Positions 11,849 to 24,174 of a DNA stretch of 39,668 nt are shown in pieces. The DNA lies in contig NW_021835531.1 in assembly GCF_006345805.1 (NCBI RefSeq), positions 1 to 39,668 of the forward strand. The letters are read 5' to 3'. Position 1 is the stretch's first letter. Every line of letters starts with the position of its first letter. A program made the position numbers and the translations under genes. A model generated the notes under the pieces. The model did no database searches. It saw only the letters and a program-made list of their open reading frames with translations, and was not told the origin of the DNA. The DNA comes from Octopus sinensis (lineage: Eukaryota).

Positions 11849-12050
11849 CAAGGCGCATTCCTGAAGTTTTGAGATTTTTTCAGGACATAGATTAATTTCA
11901 AAGTACTACAAAATTATAATCTTCAAAATAGGATCCTTTGACTTCAATGTATTTTTACTAGCGCCCCAAACACTTCGTGAAGGTCCTTGTCACAGCCTCC
12001 TTCATCTTCTTCAGAGGAAGCAACGTCTGGGCTGGAGTGATGCTCGTTTG
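11849..12050 (-). mobile_element. Mariner-like transposon right-end relic
   Basis: TA + caaggcgcattcctgaagttttgag TIR-like end. Minus-strand pieces KMKEAVTR and KYIEVKGSYFED match mariner C-termini; in-frame stops are present. Confidence 0.6.
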
Positions 12051-12111
12051 GATGTTCGTCATTGAGCATTTAGCGAACAAACTCTGCACATATTTTGCGC
12101 TTTCTTTTATT

Positions 12112-12500
12112 TGTTTTAGTCATTTGACTGCGGCCATGCTGGAGCACTGCCTTTAGTCGAACAAAGTGACCCCAGGATTTATTCTTTGTAAGCTTAGTAC
12201 TTATTCTATTGGTCTTTTTTGCCGAACCGCTAAGTTACGGGGACATAAACACGCCAACACCGGTTGTCTAGAGATGGTGGGGGGACAAACACAGACACAC
12301 ACAGACAGACAGACAGACAGACATACACACACACACACACACACGCACACACACACATATATATATATACGACGGGCTTCTTTCAGTTTCCATCTACCAA
12401 ATCCACTCATAAGACTTTGGTCGATTCGAGGCTATAGTAGAAGACACTTGCCCAAGGTGCCACACAGTGGAACTGAACCCGGAACCATGTAGTTGGGAAG
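12112..12500 (-). mobile_element. Family B SINE with internal CA/TA microsatellite
   Basis: Minus-strand head ggttccgggttcagttccac (B-box-like), CORE-like ccttgggcaagtgtcttc, body ending gccgcagtcaaatgactaaaa. Confidence 0.85.
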
Positions 12501-13045
12501 TCCCAAAATTTCTGTAATGCACCTCTTACCCACACGCACGCACGCTACACGCACGCACGCTACACGCACGCACACAAACAGAAGACAGACACACACACAG
12601 AGACTCACACACACCACACACATACACGTTGATACATGTGTGGTTGATAGCTAAGTAGTTCACTTTTAAACAACGAGGACGACACAGCTACATTGCTGGG
12701 AGGGCAAGTGTCTTTATCCCCGTTTCGAGTCACACAAGCATTTGAGAAACTGGGTAGACGGAAACTGTAGATGGCCGTCCGATGAACTTTACCTTTAATC
12801 CAAAACGTTCCATCCTGGTCCCGCACAGTTAAATGTACATGTGTTTCTACTGTGTCGTAAGACGAAGTTTATCACCACATCCAATGAACCACCAAGGCAA
12901 CATTCTTTTCTTGCAACACACATATTACTTGACTAAAAGGAACAAGCATCACAATCAAGACCAACTCAATGAAAGAAATCTCTGAAAGCGATAAAGGAAT
13001 TTGCCCATACGATATTCACCAACATCCTCTTAACCTTTTGTCGTT

Positions 13046-13612
13046 TATCTTGATTCAGTCATTAGACTGAGGCCATGCTGGGGCACTGCCTTGAAGAACT
13101 TTCAGTTGAAATTATCGACCCAAGGGCTTATTTAAAAAAAAAACCTGGTATTATTCTATCGGTTTCTTTTGCCGAACCGCTAAGTTATGGGGACATAAAC
13201 ACATCAGTACCGTTGGCGGTAGTTGTGGGGCACACACAGACACAAAGATACATACACATATTAACACACTCACACACACAAGGATATATATATATATATA
13301 TATTGGTAAAAACGGTAATATAACAAAAGAAAGAAAGAGACCTCAATATTATGTAAATAGAGGAATTTATCTGTAAATATAATATGTGACAATTATTCGG
13401 TAGCCAAGATAAAACTTTGAGTTTCGGATGCCGAGGTGGAAAAGGAGATGGTGGTGTGGATTTCCACCTCGGCATCCAAATCCACTCACCAGGCTTTGGT
13501 CGGCCCGAGACTATAGTAGAAGACATTTGTCAAAGGTGTGCCACGTTAGTGGGACTGAACCTGGAACCACGTTGTTGGGAAGCTAGCTTCTTACCACATA
13601 GCCACGCCTGCA
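13046..13612 (-). mobile_element. Family B SINE split by an unrelated insert (body ~13046-13250, head ~13478-13612)
   Basis: gccgaaccgctaagttatggggacataaacac and ccaaatccactcaccaggctttggtcggcccgagactatagtagaagac...gggactgaacctggaacc. Confidence 0.75.
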
Positions 13613-14381
13613 CCTTACATAAGACATTTTGTTCTTCTCAAGTATATATAAGGGTTCTAGACAGGAAAACGTTAAACACCGATATTTTCTAGTATATCAG
13701 TCCCTCTATTAAATGAATTCTTTATTCAAGGAATTATAGCAGAAATGACTACAAATACCAAACATGTGTATCCTTCAGGTAGCAACAGGCAGGGTTATGA
13801 GGACACAGTGTGTGTGTGATAAGGCTAGCCGTTTGAATCACAGGTATAGCCCAATCGAACGAGCTTCCACACAGGCTCCGTCTCCACAAAATTAATTCAT
13901 TAAGTTTAGGTCGGACTCGTGATTGTGAAGCGAACCTCTTAACCATTCGGTCGTATCTGCATCCACATATGTTACTTTATACGTAAGAACACATATATAT
14001 TTGTGTGTGTGCGTGCGCGCGCGCGCGTGTTGTGTTTATCATTTCTGTATGTTTAATTGAGTAATCTCGAACTGTCCAGATGTACGCCACGAGGAAACGG
14101 GCACAGAGTTACAGCAAGGACATAACAATCAGTCATGTCACGCTTGAGTTGCTATTATTTTAGTCATTTAGTGCAATACATTCTCACTACGACACGTTCA
14201 TAGTAATGGCTACAACGACAACAACCACAGCACATTACTTCCTCACAGCATCACCATCACCATCATCACCATCGTAATAAACAGCAACACCACAAACAAC
14301 AATAACCGTTACCACATCAAGCAACAACCAATTAATAATATAGCAAGAAATTATGACCGAGAATACAACAACAACAACAGT

Positions 14382-14558
14382 GGAGGCGCAACGGCCCAGT
14401 GGTTAGGGCAGCGGACTCGCGGTCGTAAGAGCGCGGTTTCGATTCCCAGACCGGGCATTGTGAGTGTTTATTGAGCAAAAACACATAAGCTCCATGCGGC
14501 TCCGGCGGGGGTTGGGTGGTGTACACTTTCACCATAACTTTCTCTCACTCTTTCTTCC
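14382..14558 (+). mobile_element. tRNA-derived SINE head (family D)
   Basis: A-box ggcccagtggttagg and B-box ggtttcgattccc with tRNA-like spacing, followed by a non-tRNA body. Confidence 0.8.
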
Positions 14559-14965
14559 TACTTCTGCCACAAAGCAGAGAAACCATGGTGTAACCCACTA
14601 AGGTGAGGTAAACTTTCAGACCCTAGTCTAGATTGCGAAACCTCTGTACCCCAGGATGGTTCAGCTCCCCACCCGTTAAAAGCCACCGTTTACGGAATGA
14701 GGATAACAACGTAGCTATCGCATGTGGTGGGTGGATCTTCAAGTTGCCACGCGCATTCTGAGTAGCTTAGAGTAGGCTCGAATTAGAGATTATTCTTTGT
14801 GGCTAATGGTGTGAGTCCTGAAAGAAGAAGAAGACGACATCAACACCAAAGTAATAATAATAATAATGATAATGATAATAATAACAACTAGCTGGGCCCG
14901 GGAAAAATTCACGGAAAACAAAGAACGTAACCATCTGTAAACAGTGTACTGGTGCTATGAGAAAT

Positions 14966-15090
14966 GTTTGTAAATTATGCCGAGGTCGACTTTGCCTTTC
15001 GTCTTTTCGGAGCCGATAAATTAAGTACCAATTGTGTACTGGGGTCGATCTAATCAACTGGCACCCTCCCTACAAAAATTTCAGGCCTAG
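14966..15090 (+). mobile_element. Family A SINE core and tail, forward orientation
   Basis: gccgaggtcgactttgcctttcgtcttttcggagccgataaattaagtacc...tggggtcgatctaatcaactgg. Confidence 0.8.
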
Positions 15091-15540
15091 AAAAAAGTAT
15101 ATTGTGACAGTTACAGAATATAGAAAGTAATGTAACACCAATGACTATGTAATCCAACCAAAATATCTCAGTTACACAAACGTAAACAGAATTACTATTA
15201 AACCTTAGAATACATCGTACATATTCTAAGAACCTTCTTGGTTTAGTAGTATGGAACGTTCTTCTGGTATTCTTTTATTCTTTTACTTGTTTCAGTCATT
15301 TGATGATGGACATGCTGGAGCACCACCCTTTAGTCGAAGAAATTGATCCCTGGACTTATTCCCTGTAAGCATGTTGTTTATTCTATCAGTCTCTTCTGCT
15401 GAACAGCTATATTACAGGGACGCAAACGCACCAATATCGAGAACAAAATAATAAATGGATTTATGAATGAAAGTTTGGTAATTGCGGTTATTTCCCCCAC
15501 TCGACACTTATTATTGGAAACAAGCTTTAACTAACCTAAT

Positions 15541-15596
<56 letters not shown>

Positions 15597-16109
15597 ATAC
15601 ATTCATATATATATATATATATATATATATGTCTCGAGTTGTAGCTGTAATTCAAAAGGGCCAGCCTTGTCATATTCTGTGTGAGGCTGAATCTCCATGA
15701 GAACTACGTTAATGTTATGCATGTCTGTAGAGTACTCAGCCATTTGTGGGTTAATTTTATCCTCGTGTGGTAATGAAAAGTGAAATTGACATCCAATATT
15801 TGCCGTGTCTATGTATTTGTGTGAACTTTTCTTTGGATTTATGTATCTACTGCCTCTCTCACTTTCCCTCTTTCTCTTTCACTTCCATTGCGTCCCTCTT
15901 CTCTCCCGCTTTTGATTTAACACTGTGTATATGTATCTATGTATCTACTTCTCTTGCGATGTGATAAACATTGAAAAACACAAAACGAACGCCGTTACCA
16001 CTCACTGTCTCTTTCACTGTCTCTTTCTCTCTTACTTTCTTCTCTGTCCTCTTCTCTCTCGCTTTGCCACTTCTTTGAAGTACAAAAGCAATAAGTTAGC
16101 GTATTAATA

Positions 16110-16169
16110 TTATTGATAATGATAATAATAATAATAACAACAACAACAACAACAACAATAATAATAATG

Positions 16170-16212
<43 letters not shown>

Positions 16213-16224
16213 TAATAATAATAA

Positions 16225-16317
<93 letters not shown>
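16110..16317. repeat. Compound (AAT)n/(AAC)n/(AGT)n trinucleotide array
   Basis: Direct reading. Source of the poly-I, poly-V and poly-T pseudo-ORFs. Confidence 0.95.
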
Positions 16318-16319
<2 letters not shown>

Positions 16320-16872
16320 GCCCTGATGCAGTACCAGGCAGTGGCTCTCATGGCTTCTGATCTTAACTGATTGGAAGTGTTATCATGTACATTGTTTTGT
16401 CTTGGTATAAAAGATGGGCTACAGCAAATATTCTGCTCAATACCACAGATTTGCTTGTCAGTTGTTTGACCTTAACCAGTTGAGCATGTCCCTTAGTGGC
16501 TGACGATATGTGCATCTCTGATCACGAGCAGAAGTAGTAGGGGAGCATCATAGCCATGTGTTGACAGGGATTCTTTGGGGTTTGAATAGTTCACCTCTGG
16601 AAACATGGGTGGTTCTTTCAACATCCTTAAACAACCCTATTCAGGGACCGTTTGAGCAGGATGGGCTACTCAAAATGAAGAAAATTCTAACTGGGCCCCA
16701 CCTGCAAGGTCATGTGCTGTTTATCTTGATATGAGATCACCATGTCGCGCACATATGGTTGTGATGCATGTGCCTGGTGTACCTTTATCAGACGGGTAGT
16801 CATGATGGGTATACTGGGCTTCGTATATTTTACCCCAGTGTCACTTTGATGGCATGAACTGCTCTCTCACTC
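16318..16872 (+). mobile_element. ~555-bp (AAT)n-embedded element, copy 3
   Basis: Colinear with 9523-10078. (AAT)n on both sides. Confidence 0.85.
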
Positions 16873-16902
16873 AATAATAATAATAATAATAATAATAATA
16901 AA

Positions 16903-17817
16903 GAGTTAGAACCAGCGGAGAGCTACAAATACCTAGGGGCACTTGAAGGGGACGAAAGCAGGCATTCAGTGATGAGGGAAAGGATCAGGAGAGAATGCTA
17001 TCGCAGGGTGAGAGCAATACTCAAGACAGAGCTGAATGCGAGAAACAGGATCGAATCGATCAACGCTTTAGCCATATTAGTCGTGACGTACAGTTTCAAT
17101 ATCATTAACTGGCCAATTACTGAAATATGTAATCTTGACAGAAAAATACTAAAACTGTTGACAATGCATAGAATGCACAACCCTAAAGCAGATATAGAAC
17201 GACTTTATCTGCCAAGAAAAGAGGGAGGCCGTGGACTTTTACAACTGGCATTAACAATGAAGATTACCGCAATCGGCCAAGACACCTACCTGAAATACTC
17301 TGAGGACTGGATGTTAAAACTTGTCTCAAAACATGAAAACAAAAAAGCATCATACTCAGTAACGAAACAGGCGAAGGAATATCTAAGTAAATTCCAAATA
17401 CAACAAATTCCAGACTTAGAAGTACTAGAAACAAGCACAGAAAAAGCTAAGCGTATGAAAACCTGTGCTAAAACTGCTGCCTTAGATATTATTACTGATA
17501 AATGGCAAGAAAAACCTCTCAGTGGCAAATACCCAAAGAGAGCTAATAGTGCCGATGTTGACAAAGCCCATACCCATCAATGGTTAGTGTCTTCTGGCTT
17601 AAAATCAGAAACAGAAGGGTTTATCACAGCATCCCAAGATCAATGCCTACCTAGAAGTATCTACTAGGCCAACATATTAAAGAACGGCAGTAGCCCAACA
17701 TGTCGTGTATGCCAACAACAAAATGAAACCGTTGATCATGTTGTCTCCATGTGATATGTTCATGCACCTAAAGAGTATCTCAACAGGCATGATAGAGCTG
17801 CACAATATATTCACTGG
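16903..17817 (+). pseudogene. 5'-truncated non-LTR retrotransposon of the R4/Dong (restriction-like endonuclease) clade: RT C-terminus, CCHC knuckle, RHD motif
   Basis: YKYLG (16924), RLYLPRKEGGRGL, SETEGFITASQDQ, a read-through stop at 17665, CRVC...ETVDHVVS, then a frameshift to APKEYLNRHDRAAQYIHW. Begins immediately after (TAA)n, the known Dong target. Confidence 0.85.
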
Positions 17818-18720
17818 CCATCCATCTGAGTTCGATGTAGAGCGATTAAACCAACTTTTGCACGAAAATTCTCGTCAAACGACAAGGGAACTAGCAGAGA
17901 AAATGGAGTGCTCTCACACTGCTATAGAGAAGCATCTTCACTCGATGGGAAAGGTTCAGAAGTATGGAGCATGGGTTCCGCATGCTTTAAGTGAAAGCAA
18001 CAATCTCCACTGGTTTGGTTGCTCGTCACCGGTCACTCATGGATACCAGCAACGGTTTCTTTACCGAATCATTACTGGCGACGAAAAATGGTGCCTGTAC
18101 ATCAATATGAAGCAGCGTAAGGAATGGCTTAGCCTCGGTAAACAAGCAACACCGCGTGTGAAACAAGATCTTCATCCGCGTAAAATGATGTTGTGCGTAT
18201 GGTGGGACTGGGAAGGAATTATCTATTACGAATTTCTTGAACGGAACCAATCGGTCAATATGGAACTCTATGTTCAACTGATGGGACGACTCAACATGGC
18301 TATTCAAGAGAAAAGACCTAATCGTCAGCATGGAGTTCTTCTGCTGCACGACAACGTCCGCCCTCCTATCGCCAATATGACCAAGGAAGCCATTCAAACG
18401 CATGGCTGGGAAGTGCTGCCACACCCGCCGTACTCTCCTGATTTGGCACAAACGGATTTCCACCTCTTTCGATCTCTTCCAAATGCTATACGCGGAGTTT
18501 CGTTCAATACTAATGCAGAATTGAGAGCTTAGTTGGGTCAATTTTTCGAGTCGAAATCGAGTGATTTCTACCAACGAGGTATTGAAAATTTGCTGAACGT
18601 TGGGAAGAAGTTGTAAACAACAAGGGTGAATACATTATTGATTAATTAGTTGTTATTTTTGATTAACTTTTTTTAAAATTAAATTAAAAAAAAAACGGCA
18701 GGAACTTAGTTGCCCACCCA

Positions 18721-18721
<1 letters not shown>
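17818..18721 (+). mobile_element. Mariner (DD34D) element lacking its left end; transposase pseudogene plus right TIR
   Basis: WVPHAL, TGDEKW, HDN-34 aa-D (HPPYSPDLAQTDFHLF). Premature TAG at 18530-18532, with a degenerate C-terminus to ~18644. TIR-like aaaacggcaggaacttagttgcccacccaa followed by TA. Confidence 0.92.
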
Positions 18722-18778
<57 letters not shown>

Positions 18779-20534
18779 GTATTTATACTCATGTTATAGA
18801 CTCATACTTACATATATCACGCACATGTGTGTTTATATGTATGTATGCTTGTGTTTAGTATGTATATATGCTATATACATGCATGTGGGATACCTATATG
18901 CATAACATATAGATATATACATGCATGCAGCATACACACACACACATTTACACGTATACATGTGAATGTAGATAGACTGTTAGACAAACAAACAGATGCA
19001 AACACAAATATATTTCTGCATACATTCCTGTGTGAAACAGGAGCCAATCATTTCCTTTTTAAGCTTCCCGAGTTAAGGTTAGGTGTAAATAGCTCTAATT
19101 ACAACTTGTATAACTAGATTAAGTCATATATTTTTCTTCCTTTTGCTGCTAGATATACCTTCACAGAAAAAGAAATTCCATTCTGATATGGATATTAAAA
19201 ATAAAGGATATATTGCAATTTTATGTTGCTTATTTGTCCCCAATGCCACAATATGACACCAGCACCATTCTTGATAGTATTTTGTAAAGAGAAAATGTGT
19301 TTTAGTGAGATGCATGCAGTTTCCTCAAGAAACAGAAAATCTCTAAATTTATATATTTTATATTTATTCGCCAACATCTCAAGTAAGACGGAAGAGATTT
19401 AAATTGTACATAGGAAAAATGGATGATTGGGTTGGTTTGAATATTCTTTATAGAAAATGTTTGGAAATATACTTCTAAGAATTTTAAAGGTGGATCTATA
19501 TAAGAAGTGTCTCTTAATCTGTATATATATATTATATTATCTAATATATATATATATATATATAAGGCAAGAGGTGTGTGTGTGGTGTGTGTGCGTGATT
19601 GTAGTTTATGCATATCACAATTAGCACGCATGTCGCTCAAATTTTAGGACATTCGTCAATATCTTATCTGGGTTTTGTCAACTTATTTTTTTCCCGAGGC
19701 ACCCGCGGATAGCGGTAAAAATCTATTTTCAGCCATAGCTTTTAGCCATAAAAATATCACCCATAGCTTTTGACGGTGTCTAACTATAAAAAAAGAAAAG
19801 TGGAAGAGAAGCAGTTTCACAGCGTCTAAACAAAAAAGGGAAAGACAAAGTTAGAGAGAGAGAGAGAGAGAGAGTGAGGGAGTGAGGGAGAGAGAGAGAG
19901 TAAGTGACGTTCATAAAAAATAAAATTTAATATGTTTTGTTTTTTCTGAAACACGAGATATAGTGTTCAAATTCAGGATGTTTTTGAAAGACACTATGTT
20001 TTATAATCATAGTATATATACTTTCTCACACAACAATTACAATATATTTATTTTAAATCATTTATTTATTTTAAATAGTTCATCTTTCTCCCCCACACAT
20101 TACTTTGGGTGCGAAAGAGTTTAGTTTTTATTTTACGCCGAGTAAAAAGTGTTTTGTTGACAATCCATTTATTTAACAACAAAGAAACAAAGAGGTGGTA
20201 ACAATTTGTCAGTGAATTACACAATATAAATGGGTACAATTTGCGAGGCTTCCACCACATCCCACTCCGTTTCACGGATCACAAAAAGGGTTTTGTAGCA
20301 TATTAGGAGGGCAGAGTAGTTGATTCCACGCACAAAAAAACGATCTTTTTCTTAGTGAAAATCGTGCGAGTGTTAATCTGCAAATTTAACATTTTTTCCA
20401 TTCATTTCTGTTTATGAACATGTATGCGTGCACAAAACATGCAATAGGTGTACATACATACGTGTGTGTATGTGTGTTCGTGTCTGTTGCCCATATATAT
20501 TTTATATTATATCATATTATATATAATATATATG

Positions 20535-20581
<47 letters not shown>

Positions 20582-20619
<38 letters not shown>

Positions 20620-20748
20620 ATATAACTAATTTCAACGGATTTCGCCCAAATTTGACGTCGATATTACCTAGTTTGGTTTGAAATAAAGAACTTGATTAGC
20701 TTAATAATTGTAACTTAATCCCGGGCAAGGCCGGGTTATACTGCTACT
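20582..20748 (-). mobile_element. Short Helitron/Helentron-like non-autonomous element
   Basis: Minus strand starts agtagcagtataacccggccttgcccggg (same 5' hairpin motif as 25347) and ends in (TA)n...tatagat. Confidence 0.5.
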
Positions 20749-21186
20749 GTTTAAATAAAATAAGAATGTACTTATTCTCGATACGTTTCGGCTGATTGTC
20801 GCCATCGGAGAACACTTTCTAACTTTAAGATGATAAGGAGGTGTTCTCCGATGACGTAAAACAACAGCGATCAGATGTTCAGGTCCAATCTGCTGAAACG
20901 TATTAAGAATAAATAGATACGTTATTGTTTGAGTTCCCGCTGTCCTGCGTGCATCTCAACAATTTTAATGAAAAGTTGTATGCAAATAGCTCTAATTATA
21001 ACGTGGATAACTAAATCAAGTCATATTAAATTTTCTTTTAATGTTAGATATGCTCTCACTGAGAAAAAATATTCCATGCTAGGGTGAATATTGAAATAAA
21101 ATTGTGATTGAAATGTGAGAAGCATATGCTGAAATCCACAGACTATAGAGGGACGAAGAGGATGAGGATGAATTGTAGTAGTAGTA

Positions 21187-21752
21187 CTGGGTTGTCCGGG
21201 AATTTCGTACCGATTTTTAAAGGAAAGAAAAAAGTCAATAGATACTTGCCATTATACTTTCAATCAACCAAATATGAACCATTTTGTTGCACAATGCGTC
21301 TCCATCTTTCCTTTAACTTGAAAATACCCTCTTCCCAGAATTGAGGTGGTTTCATGGCAAAGAATTCATCAAGGTATCTTTTTACGTCATCCTAGGAATT
21401 GAAATTTTTACCATTAAGACTATTCTGCTGATACCTGAATAAGTGGAAATCTGAAGGAGCAATATCTGGTGAATATGGAGTGAGAGGTAACACATCCCAG
21501 CCGAGCTGCAGCAATTTCTGTCTAGTTCCCAAAGCATCAAGTGCCGAAAAAGAAATTTCTTATCTCCCATTTTAAAGGATTACAGAATTAACACAGGTTA
21601 TAGAAACATAAACCTTCTTCCACGAAAAGACAGCTTAAACTGTGCTCTAAATGGAGGTGTAGTCAAATCCTATTTTATGGACTCAACCATGTTCTAAAAT
21701 AAGTCGAAAGGTAAGCTGCTATAAATCGGCACGAACTTTCCGGACAACCCAA
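21187..21752 (-). mobile_element. 566-bp internally deleted mariner with both TIRs and TA duplication
   Basis: TIRs ctgggttgtccgggaatttcgtaccgattt and aaatcggcacgaactttccggacaacccaa; TA at 21185-21186 and 21753-21754. Minus strand encodes LGWDVLPLTPYSPDIAPSDFHLF...WRRIVQQNGSYLVD*. Confidence 0.92.
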
Positions 21753-21923
21753 TAGTAGTAGTAGTAGTAGTAAAAAAAGAAAAAGAAGGAGGGGTAGTCA
21801 GCTATTGCCTTGAAATATCTAAAACTGTTCGAGAGAACCATTTTTCTAGGAGGAAAATAACAAAAAAAAAATCGTTTTTTTCAACAAGAAATCGTCCTCA
21901 CCAATTTCTTTTCTTTTTTTTCG

Positions 21924-22158
21924 TTTACTTATTTCAGTCATTCGACTGCGGCCATGCTGGAGGAACTGCCTTGAAGAATTTTTAGACGAATGAATCGACC
22001 CCTGTACTCATTCTTTTAAAGCCTGTTACCTATTCTACCGATCTCTTTTGCCGAACCACTAAGTTACAGGGACGTAAACACACTAACACCAACATCGGAC
22101 AAGCACAGACACAGACATACACACACTGATATATATATAAGTGTGAATGAATATCTAT

Positions 22159-22212
<54 letters not shown>

Positions 22213-22260
22213 TATATCTACGACAAGCTTCTTTCAGTTTCCGTCACCATACACACTCTG

Positions 22261-22300
<40 letters not shown>

Positions 22301-22445
22301 GACGAGCTTCTTTCAGTTTCCGTCTACCAAATCCACTTAGAAAGGCTTTAGTCGACACAAGGCTATAGTAGAAAACAATTGCCCAAGGTGCCACGCAGTG
22401 GGACTGAACCCTTTGGTTAGGAAGCAAGCTTTTTACTACACAGCT
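21924..22445 (-). mobile_element. Family B SINE with expanded internal microsatellite and a ~25-bp local duplication
   Basis: Body and head match 12112-12500. cgac(a/g)agcttctttcagtttccgtc occurs at 22221 and 22300. Confidence 0.85.
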
Positions 22446-22474
22446 ACACAGACACACAGACACACACACAGACA

Positions 22475-22527
<53 letters not shown>

Positions 22528-22529
22528 TA

Positions 22530-22915
22530 ATGGTTAAGGAAAAACTCACTGAAAATTATTTTCTGTTCATGTCAGAGTTAGATTTGAACCCCATAAGGAA
22601 TATTTGGTCATGTATTGAGCGCAAATTTGTTGGAAAAAAATTTGCAAGTTCTGATTAGCTTAGGAAAATTGCGAAAATGAAACGGGATGGTAGTCGCATT
22701 TCTTACTGTGGGAAACCATGTGGTAATTTTCCGAAATATTGGGTAAGCAAAAGGAAGTTAAGGAGACATGATATTTTATATTAATATGTAGAGGTACTTT
22801 TACGCGTTATTTCTCTTTTTATGAACTTTTAATCTCTTATTATAATATATAATAAAATTGTTATGACAAATAGTGCTTAAAAATTGATCATGTCTATATT
22901 TTTTGCGTAGTAGTG
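22530..22915 (+). pseudogene. Tc1-like transposase C-terminal relic with probable right TIR
   Basis: DLNPIRNIWSCIERK (~22581) matches the Tc1 SPDLNPIENxW motif. Ends tattttttgcgtagtagtg + TA. Confidence 0.65.
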
Positions 22916-23051
22916 TAAATAAATTTTTTGCGTGGGAGAGTCAGTAAATACTATATCTCTCCGTCTCATATACACACGCTCACACGCACACATACACACA
23001 CGCACGAACGCACGCATGCACACACACATTCCCTTATACAAACACACACGC

Positions 23052-23100
<49 letters not shown>

Positions 23101-23351
23101 CGAGCATCTATACATATATATATATATTTGAGTGAGTATCTATACAAACACACACACCCACGCGCACATACACACAGATATATTTATGTATAGATATGTA
23201 TATCTATATATACATATAGGTATGTGCTAATATATATATATATATATACACAGGCATGCATACACACACATGTATGTCTACACAAACACACACATTATCA
23301 ACACGCACTTGACCGTAACTGTGCTTCTCTACCTACCTTCCTGCTATCAGA

Positions 23352-23430
<79 letters not shown>

Positions 23431-23431
23431 C

Positions 23432-23502
<71 letters not shown>
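23352..23502. repeat. (CTAT)n microsatellite, ~37 units
   Basis: Direct reading of the sequence. Confidence 0.97.
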
Positions 23503-24119
23503 GAATCCTATACATGACACTTAAAAATCGTCCAGTTTCCCGAAATAAATGAGATGATTTATAAAACTCCCTTTGGAATTTCTTGATAACGATGCAAAAT
23601 GTCTGAGTAGAAGGAAATCGAAATAACGACTTGGTATAATAATTATCTAATTTGACACACAGCAGACTGAAATAAGCTGAGGCTAGCTACCTCAGCATGT
23701 GAATAATATTCCTGTAACATGCAAAACCATGGCTCCTGGGAAAGCAGACGACCAAAATGGTTAAGTGCAAAATTCGATAAAACATTTATTTCTATTTAGT
23801 TACATTTATTGTTTAATGTATTATGAGGTGTTATTGTGTGTGTGTGTGTGTGTGATTCATTTGAATATTGTTTTTGTTGTTGTAGTTGTCGTTGTTGTTG
23901 TTGTCGGTGGTGTTGTTATTGGTTTTGCTGCTTCGGTTGTTTGTTTGTGGTTGTTGATTGAGTTATTTGTTCCATCGTGCTGTTTGTTTCTTTGCCAGGC
24001 AATGAAGATGCTCCTTGTTGGTCGGTGGTTGTTGTTAATGGAGGCCACTATTCCTGTTGTTATTGCTAATGATCATGGCTACTGGTGCCGGTGTCATCGT
24101 CATTTTTAATGGCTATAGT

Positions 24120-24173
<54 letters not shown>

Positions 24174-24174
<1 letters not shown>

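Noticed and set aside
14560-14835. GC-richer insert ending in (GAA)n with gcagag/ctctgt pairing and CGAAA, tested as an HDV-like ribozyme
   Set aside because: P1, P3 and L3 could not be formed. Left as an unclassified, possibly RTE-related fragment.
19085-21115. Diverged ~120-bp similarity between 19085-19210 and 20983-21115 (aaatagctctaatta...aagtcatat)
   Set aside because: An old AT-rich dispersed repeat fragment with no termini or coding signal to interpret.
23676-23696. 7-bp hairpin containing the let-7 8mer site CTACCTCA (23687-23694)
   Set aside because: About one such 8-mer is expected by chance in 40 kb on two strands; no let-7 precursor or 3' UTR context.
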